Shown here piece after piece: positions 39,731 through 51,732 of a stretch of DNA of 64,000 bases. Positions within the stretch are counted from its first letter, which is position 1. Each line of letters opens with the position of its first letter. Position numbers and translations under genes: made by a program. The DNA lies in assembly GCA_030390025.1 (NCBI GenBank), contig CM059433.1, forward strand, positions 24,554,001 to 24,618,000, given 5' to 3'. This stretch comes from Squalus acanthias. Its lineage: Eukaryota. Below the pieces are notes generated by a model. It was not told the origin of the DNA and searched no databases. It was given only the letters and a program-made list of their open reading frames with translations.

Positions 39731-42700
39731 AGCGTGGAGCAGCAGCCTAAAGGGAGCGGAGAGAAGGCCCAGAACACAGCGCGGACCTGAGCGGGAGCTG
39801 GGGCATAAAGGGAGCTGAGCGGCGACTTCAAAAAAACAAGGAGTGACGCTACAGGACAGAAGGTAGGTGATTGGCTAGTGAGTACCGCAGCTCTTTTGCT
39901 CTCTAGGTTAGGTAAGTGGATTAAATTCAGAACTGGGAGAGTATTAACTACTAGAACTTTATTGAATTAACAAACTAAATGAACTAATTAAAAGTAAAAA
40001 TCATTTGAAGGAGGTGGACTATAAATCGAGCAGGAGGCCCAAAAAGAGCACAGATGAGAGCAGCGGTGGCAGCGAGGAGGCAGAGCACCTCCAGCAAAAC
40101 CTCGAAAGCAACAGCTACAAAACAACTACAGTAACATCACAACCAGGGAAGGAGCTGATTGGGGAGTAGCTGGTAAGTGTTTCTAGTTAATAGTCTATTA
40201 AGTAAAGGCTTGGCAGGGCAGCTCAGTCCCGTGGAATGCACATCCTGTGCCATGTGAGGACTCCAGGACACCTCCCATGTCCTGGACAACCACATGTGCA
40301 GGAAGTGTAGTCAGCTGGAGGAGCTTGAGCAGCAGCTGGCGTCACTACGGTGCATCCGTGAGCTTCGTGGATAGCACGTTTCAGGAGGTGGTCACCCCAC
40401 AGATAACAGATAGAGTGTGACCACCAGACAGAAGAGGAGGAGTCCCCCGAGTGCATCTCGTTCACCAACCAGTATTCAATTCTCAGTACTGGTGAGGGCG
40501 ATGGTTTCTCTGGGTGTTTGCGGCACCACGGGTGGCTCAGCTGTACCGGGGGGGGGGTGGAGAAGAGAGAGAGAGACAGACAGACTCCAGGATGGTATGT
40601 TGCCTCCATGGTGCCAGGGTCAAGGATGTCACTGAGCGGCTGCCAAACATTGAGGCAGGAGGGTGAACAGCCAGAGGTTGTGGTCCATATCGGTACCAAC
40701 AACATAGGTAGAAAGAGGGATGAAATCCTGCAGGCAGCTTTCAGGGAACAGGACCTCAAAAGGTAGTAATCTCCAGATTACTCCCGGTGCCACACACTAG
40801 CAAGTATAGAAATAGGAGGACAGCGCAGATGAATGCATGGCTGGAGAGATGGTGCAGGAGGGAGGGCTTTAGATTCCTGGGGCATTGAGACCAGTTCTGG
40901 GGAGATGGGACCTGTACAGGCCAGACGGGTTGCACCTCAACAGGGCCGGAATCAATATCCTCACGGGGAGGTTTGCTAATGCTGTTGGGGAGGGTTTCAA
41001 CTAATTTGGCTGGGGGATGGGCACCAGGATGTAACATTAGAAAGGGGAAATAAAGTGCTCAAAGGATTGGGAGAGGCAGAGAGCACTAAAGTAAGAAATA
41101 GTATGGTATTAGGGGGTGTCAAACCAAGAGAATACAGGATGGTCAAACCAAGAGAATACAGGATGGTCTAAGATGGGTTTACAGTGTATGTATGTGAACA
41201 CTCGAAGCGTAGTAAACAAAGTAAGTGAGCTGCAGGCACAAATAGCCACATGAGAATATGATGTTGTGGCAATAACTGAGACCTGGTTCAAAAAAGGGCA
41301 GGATTGGGTATTAAATATTCCTGGTTATAAAGTGTTCAGGAAAGATAGGAGATGGTGTGGCAATATTGGTCAAGGAGAATGTTACAATGCTGGAGAGGGA
41401 GGATGTCCTGGACATCCTATATGAATCTATATGGCTAGAGTTAAGAAATAATAATAGGAGGTGCCATTATACTACTAGGTGTATTCTATAGACCACCAAA
41501 TAGTGGGAAAGATATAGCGAAACAAATTTGCAGAGAAATTACAGAGAGGTACAAGAACTATAGAGTAGTAAAAATGGGGGATTTCAACTATCCTAATATA
41601 GTCTGGAATTGTAATAGTGTTAAGGGCAGAGAAGGGGAAGAATTGCTGGTGTGTTCAGGAGAACTTTCTTGATCAGTATGTTCCAGCCCAACGAGGGAGG
41701 AAGCATTGCTGGATCTAGTTCTGGGGAATGAGGTAGGTCAAGTGGAGCAAGTGACAGTAGGTGAACATTTAGGGAACAGTGATCATAGTATCATAAGGTT
41801 TAGATTAGTTATGAAAAGGACAGGGAGCAATCTAGTGTAAAAATGTTTAACTGGGGGGGGGGGGGGGGGGAGGCCAATTTCAGTGAGATGAGAACGGATC
41901 TGGCCCGGGTAAACTGGAATCAAAGATTGGCAGGCAAAACAGTAATGGAACAATGGGCTGCCTTTAAAGAGGAAATAGTTCAGGTACAGTTGAGATACAT
42001 TCCCACTAGGGGTAAAGGCAGGGCAACTAAAGTCAGGGCTCCCTAGATGACAAGAGATAGAGAATATGATGAAGCAGAAAGAGAGCACGTATGACAGATG
42101 TCAGGTTGCAAATACATCAGAGAATCAGGCTATGTATAGAAAGGTCAGGAGAAGTGAAAAAAAAAGTAAGAGGGGCAAAGAGAGGGTATGAGAATAGAAT
42201 GGCAGCAAACATAAAAGATAATTCAAGTCTTCGATAGGCATATAAATAGTAAAAGGTTAGCAAGAGGAAGGGTGGGGCTGATTAGGGACCAAAAAGGAGA
42301 CCTCTGCATTGAGGCAGAGGGTATGGCTGAGGTACTAAACAACTCCTTTGCATCTGTCTTCACCAATGAAGACAGACATAGTACAGGAGGAGTTAGGATA
42401 AAAATTAATAGGAGATATTAGAAAGGCTGGCTGTACTTAAAGTAGATAAGTCACCAGGAGTGGATGGGATGCATCCTATGATGTGGAGAGAATTGAGGGA
42501 GGAAATCATTGAGGTACTGGCCATAATATTCCAATCCTCAGATACAGGGGTGGTGCCAGAGGACTGGAGAATTGCAAATGTTACACCATTGTTCAAAAAA
42601 GGGTGTAAAGATAAACCCAGCAACTACAGGTCAGTCAGTTTAACCTCGCTAGTGGGGAAGCTTTTAGAAACAGTAATCAGGGACAAAATTAAGTCACTTG

Positions 42701-43910
42701 GACAAGTGTGGATTAATTATGGAAAGCCAGCACGGATTTGTTAAAGGCAAATAGTGTTTAACTAACTTGATTTGAGTTCTTTGATGAGAGGATTGACAAG
42801 GGTAATGCAGTTGATGTAGTGTACATGGATTTCCAAAAGGCATTTGACAAAGTGCTACATAATAGGCTTGCCAGCAAAGTTGAAGCCCATGGAATAAAAG
42901 AGACAGTGGCAGCATGGATACGGAATTGGCTAAGTGATAGGAAACACTAGTGGTGAACTGTTATTTTCAGACTGGGGGAAATGTATACAGTGGTGTTCCG
43001 CAGGGGTCGGTTCTAGGACCACTGCTTTTCTTGATATATATTAATGACTTGGACGTAGGGGTACAAGTCACAATTTCTAAATTTGCAGATGACAAAACTT
43101 GGAAGTATAGTGAACAGTGAGGAAGAGAGTGATAGACTTCAGGAAGAGAGGCTGGTAAAATGGGCAGACACATGGCAGATGAAATTTAACGCAGAAAAGT
43201 GTGAAGTGATACATTTTGGTAGATAGAATGGGGAGAAGAGATGTGTCTGCACAAATCGTTGAAGGTGGTAGGGTAGGTTGAGAAAGCAGTTAAAAAGGCT
43301 TACAGGATCCTGGGCTTCATGAATAGAGGTACAGAGTACAAAAGTGTGGAAATGAACCACCTGTATAAAACACTGGTTCAGCCCCAACTGGAGTACTGTG
43401 TCCAATTCTGGGCAGTACACTTTAGGATAGATGTGAAGGCCTTAGAGAGGGTGCAGAAAAGATTTAAGAGAATGATGGGCTTCAGTTACGTTGATAGACT
43501 GGAGAAGCTGGGGTTGTTCTCCTTGGAGCAGAGAAGATTGAGAGGAGATTTGATAGAGGTGTTCAAAATCGTGAGGGGTCTGGACAGAGTAGATAGAGGG
43601 AAACTGTTCCCATTGGCAGAAGGGTCGAGAACCAGAGGACACAGATTTAAGGTGACTGGCAAAAGAACCATAGGCGAGGTAAGAAAAAACTTGAACGCAG
43701 CGAGTGGTTAAGATCTGGAATGCACTGCCTGAAAGGGTGGTGGAGGCAGACTCAATCTTATCTTTCAAAAGGGAGTTGGATAAGTATATTAAGGAAAGAA
43801 ATTTGCAGGGCTACAGGGAAAGGGCAAGGGAGTGGGACTAGCTGAAGTGCTCTTGCAGAGAGCCGGCACGGGCTCGACAGGCCTTCTTCTGTGCTGTAAC
43901 CATTCTATGA
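39731..43910 (+). mobile_element. Near full-length CR1 LINE (5'UTR, ORF1 zinc-finger/SGNH esterase, ORF2 APE-RT; all disrupted), antisense within RPL11 intron 1
   Basis: ORF1: Cys-rich start at about 40230 and VVVHIGTNNIGRKRDEIL, LYRPDGLHLNRAG; ORF2: CMYVNTRS, AITETW, MGDFN, PEDWRIANVTPLFKKG, KFADD; ATGAC repeated at both ends; splits a minus-strand Deu-type SINE (about 39575-39730 and 43911-44115). Confidence 0.9.
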
Positions 43911-44889
43911 CCAGAACTCCGTGCTCTTGTTCAAATTGTCGTGGGGTCTTTAATACCCACGTGAACTATCGGACCAGGAAGGCTGGGCTTTAGTTTAGTA
44001 GCTCATCCAAAGAATGACACTTCCTCAGCATTGCACTGAAAGGTTATCTTAGATTACATGCTAAGTGGTCCACAAATATCTGACTCAAGAAGCAAGAGCG
44101 TGAACTCAGTCAACACTTTAAAAATGTTTCTGCTAAATTTAAGCTTTCTTACTGTCTAGATGCTGCTCAGCTGTGCTGCATCCGCAACGCTGAAAATTAC
44201 TTGAAAAGGCTTATAAACCAAAGCCTTATGGAGGTGAGCAGTACTGGCCAATTAGTACTTACATAACTGGGTTGAAAAGGTTTGTATTCTGGAAAGCCAA
44301 AGGTACTTAAAAAGGAGCCACATTACAAAACAAATCATGTTACTAATACAGCAATTCTACTGCTAAATACAAAGTGATCAAACTTTTATGCCTCTCCTGA
44401 AAGTGCTGGTGTAATTTTCAACTTCGATGTGGTGGAAAACTAGCCAAAGCAGGTCAGCAGCCTGATGTGGTTTTTTTGACATTTTCTGCTGTTGCCAAAG
44501 TTAAAAACTAACCCCACTGACTCTGGCTGAGGTACAGTTCCAAAGATGGTACAGTTCCAAAGATGGCAGCAGCCCCCATGCAAATCATACAAACTTACGA
44601 TAGTGAAATGTCAACAGACTATTCCACCAAACATGACAGCAACTTCTGATCCTATACTCACCCAACACCTACACCTGTTCTTTCACCTTCCAACAAGGAT
44701 CACTGGCTGGTAATCAGGAGCAAGAATCCCAGCTGGCTTTCCACCCCTCTAACTCCTAGGTGACAGGGCCAATTGTAGCACCCCAATCACACCTAGCTGA
44801 TCATCTAACTACACTCCAGAAGTAATAAATTGGGTGTGAAGTTCTCTGGGTCACCCTGAGGATGTGAAAGGCACGATAAAAATGCAAGT

Positions 44890-45220
44890 TAGGGGTCAGC
44901 CTTGGCTCAGTGGTAGCACTCTTATCAGAGTGCTGTACTGTTGGAGGCGCCATCTTTCTGATGCGACATTACCCATTCACCCCTCAGGTGGAGTAAAAGC
45001 ACTATTCTCACCGGTGTCCTGGCCAATATTTATCCTTCAATCAATATCACTAAAACATATTATATAGTCATTATCACATTGCTGTTTGTTGGACCTTATG
45101 TGCACAAATTGGCTGCCATATTTTCTACCAGTGACTCCACTTCAAAAGTACTTCATTGGCTGGTAAGCACTTTGGATCATCCTGAGGTCAGGAAAGGCAC
45201 TGTATAAAATGCAAGTTCTT
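44890..45220 (+). mobile_element. SacSINE1/Deu-like SINE with internal deletions
   Basis: Collinear similarity to 522-997 (TGGCTCAGTGGTAGCAC...GTCATTATCACATTGCTGTTTG...AATGCAAGTTCT). Confidence 0.75.
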
Positions 45221-45275
45221 ACTGTTATCCTAAACTTTCCCTCCATCCCAATTAATCAATACAACATCTTTATTA

Positions 45276-45353
45276 CAATAGCAAAATACTGCAGATGCTG
45301 GAAATCTAAAATAACACTGCCTGGCCTGCTGAATGTTTCCAGCCTTGTTATTT
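45276..45353. mobile_element. 78-bp Penelope pseudo-LTR-derived insert (inverted then direct piece) with 14-bp TSD
   Basis: AGCAAAATACTGCAGATGCTGGAAATC then TGCCTGGCCTGCTGAATGTTTCCAGC; CAACATCTTTATTA at 45262-45275 and 45354-45367. Confidence 0.7.
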
Positions 45354-45417
45354 CAACATCTTTATTAAATCGACATAAATCTCTCGTAAAATTACAATCA
45401 GCCCTATTTTAGCAACT

Positions 45418-45972
45418 ACGACGATAGCAAAATACTGCGGATGCTGGAAATCCAAAATAACAGAAAACACTGGAAAAACTCAGCAGGCCAGGCAGCATCC
45501 GTGGAGAGAGAGAGAAAGAGTGTTAACGTTTCAGGTCGATGACCTTCCATCAGAACACAGTGGCATAGTGGTTAGCACTGGTGCCTCACAGCGCCAGAGA
45601 CCCGGGTTCGAATCTGACCTCGGGTGACTGTCTGTGTGGAGTTTGCACATTCTCCCCGTGTCTGCGTGGGTTTCCTCCGGGTGCTCTGGTTTCCTCCCAC
45701 AGTCCAAAAATGTGTGGGTTAGGTTGATTTGGCTATGATAAATTGACCCTTAGTGTTAGGGGGGATTAAATATGTGGTGTTATGGGGATAGGATGGGATA
45801 TGTTAGGGGGAATTAAATACGTGGGGTTACGGGGGTAGGGTGGGATATGTGTACTGTGGGGATTAAAGCAGGGACAGGGTATTGGATTTGGATGATCAGC
45901 CATGATCGTATTGAATGGCGGAGCAGGCTCGACGGACCGAATGGCCTACTCCTGCTCCTAGATTCTATGTTT
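45418..45972 (+). mobile_element. Composite insert: inverted Penelope pseudo-LTR end (to about 45556) fused to an HE1/V-SINE, single 14-bp TSD
   Basis: CTATTTTAGCAACT at 45404-45417 and 45973-45986; junction ...CCATCAGAAC/ACAGTGGCATAGTGG. Confidence 0.8.
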
Positions 45973-46239
45973 CTATTTTAGCAACTGTCGCTTTTAGTAA
46001 TGTGCCTCAGTTGTTCAGAGCAGTTTCATCCAGCACTTTCAAAAGAAAAGTGGAAACCGCTGCTTTAAACTGACTGCACCCGAATCTCGCATTGATTGCT
46101 AGTATCTAGGACGGAAATACTGCAATTACTTATTTACACCATTCCTGTAGCGAAATTCAAGTCTCGCGAACAAGTTTGGGGGGGTTTAAGGCTAAAGTGA
46201 ACCAGGAGAATAAAATCCTGGCAGCAGGGGACTGGCTCC

Positions 46240-46810
46240 GAAATCTTGGCCCGTTATCTAAGCCTCCCATCCAGACCGACCCGGCTCAGGTAACCTGCCC
46301 TCCAACCCCGGCTCAAACCATCCCCTGCCCTCCAGCCCCTGCTCAGGCCGGCCCCTGCCCTCCAGCCCTAGCTCAGGCCGGCCCCCAGCCAACCAGCCGG
46401 CCTCCCACTCCCAGTGCCGAGAATTGCGGCCTAGCTTATGCCCCGCTCCAACCGATAAATCGCCGCCACGGCTCAAATACACGGCAGGCCGGCACCTCGA
46501 GTCCGCGCCCCAACTATACAACCCCAGCATTCACACCCAGAAAGGGATGAACGAAGCCGATGGCGACAGATTCAGTCCCGCTCACCCACAGCGGCACAAC
46601 ACTCACCGCCATTGCCAGAGAGTCCCTACCGCCAAAGGCCGAGCAGCACGCCGGGAAATACTGACACCGCCCCCCGCGCAAGCGAGGCCCCGCCCCCCAG
46701 CACCAGCTGACAGCCCAGTGTTCCAGCACACAGACAGCCCAGCTCCTCGTAGGACTGCTCCTGGGCCTGGCGAAAGTAGACATAAACAGGTCCAGGCAGC
46801 GGGCGGTTGG
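46240..46810 (-). promoter_or_regulatory. RPL11: CpG-island promoter of RPL11
   Basis: GC/CpG-rich island spanning exon 1; GC box (GGGGGCGGGGC on minus at about 46687-46697); short pyrimidine run CTCTCT just before GGCAATG (possible 5'TOP start); YY1-like CCGCCAT over the start codon. Confidence 0.7.
46607..46612 (-). CDS. RPL11: RPL11 exon 1 coding part (Met-Ala)
   Basis: ctctctggcaATGGCG|gtgagt inside the CpG island; same ATGGCG|gt first-exon arrangement as vertebrate RPL11; phase 0 into exon 2. Confidence 0.85.
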
Positions 46811-46819
46811 GGCCAACCC

Positions 46820-47400
46820 AGCACCAGCACAGAACCCAGTGTCCCAGCACCAGCACACAGGCAGCCCAATCCGCCAAACCTCCAGCACACAGTCAACCCA
46901 ATCCTCCAATACCCCAGCACCAAGGCAACCCAATCCTCCAGCACACAGTCAACCCAATCCTCCAATACCCCAGCACCAAGGCAACCCAATCCTCCAGCAC
47001 ACAGTCAACCCAATCCTCCAATACCCCAGCACCAAGCCAATCCCCCAGCACACAGGTAACCCATACCCCCAGCATACAGAAAACCCAGTGTCCCAGCACA
47101 CAAGCAAACCAGTATCCCAGCACACAGAAAACCCAGTGTCCCAGTACACAGGCAAACCAGTGTCCCAACAGCAGCACACAGGCAACCAGTCCCTCAGCAC
47201 ACAGGCAACCCAATCCCCCAGTCCACAGATAACCCAGTGTCCCAGTCCCCCAGCACACAGGCAGCCCAGTGTCCCAGTCCACAGGCAACCCAGTCCCCAA
47301 GTCCCCTAGCACACAGGCAGCCCAGTGTCCCAGTCCACAGACAACCCAGTGTCCCAGCACCAGCACACAAACATCCCAATCCCCCAGCAGACAGACAACT
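46820..47400. repeat. C/A-rich minisatellite (about 24-33 bp subunits, local 57-bp higher-order repeats)
   Basis: Recurring CAGCACACAGGCAACCCAGTGTCC-like units; near-exact 57-bp repeats at about 46880-47036. Confidence 0.9.
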
Positions 47401-47936
47401 CACTTATCTACCTCAGAACCTTTTTTACATTCTGTACTTCCTTAAATCTATTTCTGAGGAAGAGATTATGTGTGTGATTATGTGTATATATAATTAAATA
47501 CTACATATATAATACACAGATACTAATTTCATAAGACAAGGAAAAGGATGCAATGAGATAATAGTAGAAAGTGTGGACCAGCAAAATCCATTCAGCCTAT
47601 TAAATGCCATCACCAGAATCATTGGTTTATGTTGACTGATAAGGTCAAATTCAATTTTTATCACTTGGCAAACCAGGATTTTCAACCAGTGTTTTGGGAA
47701 TTTACATTCTGCATTCTATAGGTACTTTGAAAATGTTATGATGTTTAATATGGCACAGTTCTTTTTAGCTGTTACCACTCACTCTTGCAGGCATACCACT
47801 CTTGCAGGGTTTGTATGGCATTGTAACACCCCAAAAAATCTGACAGCGAAGCACTTCAAGACCCATGGTTATTAGGAAAAACTACAACATTTATACATAC
47901 TAGCAGATCTCTGTTCATAGTAAGTTAGAGAATATG

Positions 47937-48416
47937 GGCCTAGAGATTCAAGTGTGCCCATTTTTGGGCATATGCGGGGCACAGGGAACTTACCATGAGC
48001 CTGAATGGTGAGGCCTGAGGCGCCCCGACATTGGGCCTCATTATAATGGAGCCGGCGAAGGGCAACAGAGGGTTCGGGAGCGGTGACATTTGGGGCAGGG
48101 GTGGGGGGGGGATGTGGGTGTGGGGGTCAAATGTTGGGTCAGGCGGACCACTCCAGCTCCTCCTAACTCCACGTTCAGGTAAGTAAATGTAAAAAGCTTA
48201 CCTTGTAGGTCGCAGGCGATGGCAAGGTCTGGTATCCCTGAGTGCAGCCTGCGCTAGCGCCATCTGCCTCGAAGCAAACCAATCTTGAAGTGGGGGCCTC
48301 AAACAGGAGTTAACCCACTTATGTTGCATAAGCAAAGAGTCTAATGCCTGCTTCAGGCGTGGATAAAGGATACCTATTTTTTCCCCTTCCCAATATGGGC
48401 ACCGAATTGATAGGCC
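47937..48416. mobile_element. Harbinger-type MITE with 3-bp TSD
   Basis: Ends GGCCTAGAGATTCAAGTGTGCCCA / TGGGCACCGAATTGATAGGCC; ATG at 47934-47936 and 48417-48419. Confidence 0.7.
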
Positions 48417-49473
48417 ATGCTGTTTTATAATGACAGAAGCGCTATACCATGTTACACATGGTATATTACTATTTAATACAGTTGACATCCTGTGGCTTTG
48501 CTCATGGACGGCTAGAAGGAAGAAACAGAGGAGGATGTTAAGGACAGTTTCTCAGAATGGTTGGAAGTAGGTAGTCATGTCCCAGATGGTCTGTTCTGGG
48601 ACTACTTTTGTTCACTGTGTACATCAATGAGTTAGATATAGGGCTCAAGGGAGTGGTGAAAATAGGAGGCATAGTAAATAATTCTGAGAATCAAGGGAAG
48701 CTGCAAGGGGATATTGATAAGAAGGTGGAATAAAAGTAATAATTGTACTTTGAATAGTGGAAAGCTGGCTATGTGGAGGAACAGAGAGATTTGGGGACTC
48801 AGGTTCACAAGACATTAAAAGCAGCACCGCAAGTGGATAAGGCCATAAAAAAGCTAATGGAATACTTGATTTTATCGTAAAAGGTGAATCTATATAAAAC
48901 CTTAGTAGGACCACAGTATGCAGTTTTGGGCTGTACACTATAGGAACAACATTGAGGCAATAGAGGGAGTACAGAACAGGTTCACTAGGATACTGCCTGG
49001 CAGGAGAAAATACAAATACAGAGAAAAACTTGAAAAATTGGAGTTGTTTCATTTGAATAAATTACTGTCTGATTTGATACAGGTGTTTAAAATTATGAAG
49101 GGATGAGACAGAGTAGAAATAAACTGAATGTTTCCAGTTATTGATTGGTCAAGAATGAGTGGACAAGATTAAAGGTAAGAGATATAGGACTGGGAATAAG
49201 AGAATATAAGAACATAAGAAATAGGAGCAGGAGTCGGCCATTTGGCCCTTCGAGCCTGCTCCGCCATTCAATAAGATCATGGCTGATCTTTTACCTCATC
49301 TCCACTTTCCTGAACTATCCCCATATCCCTTGATTCCCTTAATATTCAAAAATCTATCGATCTCTGTCTTGAATATACTCAACGACTGAGCCTCCACAGC
49401 CCTCTGGCGTAGAGAATTCCAAAGATTCACCACCCTCTGAGTGAAGAAATTTCTCCTCATCTCAGTCCTAAAT

Positions 49474-49733
49474 GTGCGGGTTAGGTTGATTTGGCTATGA
49501 TAAATTGACCCTTAGTGTTAGGGGGGGATTAAATATGTGGGGTTATGGGGATAGGATGGGATATGTTAGGGGGAATTAAATACGTGGGGTTACGGGGGTA
49601 GGGTGGGATATGTGTACTGTGGGGATTAAAGCAGGGGACAGGGTACTGGATTTGGATGATCAGCCATGATCGTATTGAATGGTGGAGCAGGCTCGACGGG
49701 CCGAATGGCCTACTCCTGCTCCTAGATTCTATG
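49474..49733 (+). mobile_element. 5'-truncated HE1/V-SINE (long-tail subfamily)
   Basis: Near-identical to 45712-45970; TAAATG duplicated on both sides. Confidence 0.85.
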
Positions 49734-50047
49734 TAAATGGCCAACCCCTTATTCTGAGACTGTGACCCCTGGTTCTAGACTCCCCAGCCAGGGGAAACAT
49801 CCTCCCTGCATCTACCCTGTCAAGCCCTGTAAGAATTGTGTATGTTTCAATGAGATCACTTCTCATTCTTCTAAACTCTAGAGAATATAGGCCTAGTCTA
49901 CTCAATCTGTCCTCATAGGACAATCCCCCCATCCCAGGAACCAGTCTGGTGAACCTTGGTTGCACTCCCTCTACGGCAAGTATATCCTTCCATAGGTAAG
50001 GAGGCCAAAACTGTACACAGTACTTCAGGTGTGGTCTATATAATTGC

Positions 50048-50795
50048 AAAAATGAGAAGTCGCACAACACCAGGTTATAGTCCAACAGATTTATTTAATT
50101 TTACAAGCTTTCGGAACAGTTCGCTCCTTCGTCAGGTAAGTTAGCAGTGGGAGAATCTCCCAGAATTCACAATTTAAACACAGACAAAATATATTCAAAT
50201 CTTTCCTACATCAAAGAGCACAGCCAAGACAATGAGATGTGTCCCAGGGGGTCCAACGTGTCAAACCACCTGCTGGCTGCATATCCTGTCAATCTGTGTA
50301 GGTTCTTGTGTTAGTCTTTTTAAAAAAAAAACACCTGGGAAGACCGGCCATGATGTCAAGTCACGTTCTGTATCGTGACATGAACCCGATATCGCGATTG
50401 AGGCCATCCTCATGAGTGCGGAATTTGGCTATCAGTTTCTGCTCTATGATTTTGCGCTGTCGTGTATCTCGAAGGCCGCCTTGGAGAACGCTTACCCGCA
50501 TATCCGAGGCTGAATGCCCCTGGCTGCTGAAGTGTTCCCCGACTGGGAGGCAACCCTCCTGCCTGGCGATTGTTGCGCGGTGTCCGTTCATACGTTGTCT
50601 CAGTGTCTGCATGATCTCGCCGATGTACCATGCTCTGGAGCATCCTTTACTGCAACGTATCAGGTAGACAACGTTGGCCGAGTCACATGAGTATGTACCG
50701 TGTACCTGGTGGGTAGTGTCCTCACGTGTGATGATGGTATCTGTGTCCATGATTTGGCATGTCTTGCAGAGGTTGCCGTGGCAGGGTTGTGTGGT
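50048..50795 (-). mobile_element. Penelope-like 3' fragment: GIY-YIG domain plus pseudo-LTR with hammerhead motif
   Basis: CHGNLCKTC, NVVYLIRCSKGCSRAWYIGE, VGEHFS, GLNRDIGF; minus-strand CTGACGA-A-GGAGC(GAACT)GTTCC-GAAA-GCTT at about 50104-50136; TGCA at both junctions. Confidence 0.9.
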
Positions 50796-50888
50796 GCAGT
50801 AAGACATCTTTACTCTTATACTCAAATCCTCTTGTAATAAAGGCCAACATACCATTTGCTTTCCTAAGACAAACGTTTTTAACACAGA

Positions 50889-51732
50889 GGGCTGGATTTT
50901 GATACTGGGGACGTGATGGAGGCGGGACTCCCACTTTTTGGGTTGTAGTCCCGCCTCCATCGACTTGTGGCCAACCCACTGCATTTTCACTTGATTGACC
51001 TTGTTGAGCCCGCCCAGTGAGCTCAGCAGGCCAATTAAGGGCCACTCGGCAACAGGTGACGTCACAGATTGACATTTCATCTGTCAAGAGCTTTTGACAG
51101 ATGAAATATCAGCATTTGACAGCTCTGTGAAGCTGTCAAACACTGACAATCTGTCTTCTAACTTGAGTCCTTCCTCTCAGGCTGAGTTAGAAATCATTCC
51201 AGCACAGAAAACAGAGGCTGCAGTTTTTGACAGCACCACAGCCATTGTGCTTTCTGTGCCAGTGAGATTTCTGACTCCCGAGACCTGAAGGGCTGACACC
51301 TGCAGGAGGAGGTTAAGGTAAGTAAAACTTTTTCCCACACTTTACACTTACTTTACACACTTACCTCTGCACACATGCACTCATCACTCACCTGTCCACC
51401 GGACATATCGACCCCTCCAACCCCTGCAGACCCACGGTCCGTCTCGCTAACTTGGCGTGGTTGGGACCTGTCGGGAAGCCCACATTTCACGAATCAAAAT
51501 AGGGATTAGGCAAAAAACTGCCTGTTAACTACCTGTTAACAGGCAGTTTATTGCCACTAATCCCCTTCCCGCCTCGGGGAGGCGGGACCCAGCACAGGTC
51601 GGGCACCCACCTCCAGCGAAACTGGCATGGAGGCGGGTTGGGGGCGGGATGGGTTCGGGACCCCCGAATCTGCAACTTTAACCCCCCACACGCCTCCAAA
51701 CCCGCCTCCACGGGTCAATGAAAATCCAGCCC
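50889..51732. mobile_element. Harbinger-type MITE, perfect 12-bp TIR, 3-bp TSD
   Basis: GGGCTGGATTTT (50889-50900) / AAAATCCAGCCC (51721-51732); AGA at 50886-50888 and 51733-51735. Confidence 0.85.

Larger units (their letters stand above)
49200..50862 (-). mobile_element. Younger CR1 3' fragment nested in the old CR1
   Basis: RKANGMLAFITRGFEYKSKDVLL and HLKYCVQFWPPYLWKDILAVEGVQ on minus strand; CR1 tail at 49200-49290; TAAGA at both junctions. Confidence 0.85.

Noticed and set aside
46820..47400. CRISPR-like array
   Set aside because: Degenerate tandem units without unique spacers, in a vertebrate context with no cas genes.
46424..47497. Cluster of overlapping Pro/Gln/Ser-rich ORFs as protein genes
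   Set aside because: Explained by the CpG island and a stop-poor minisatellite; no domain similarity.
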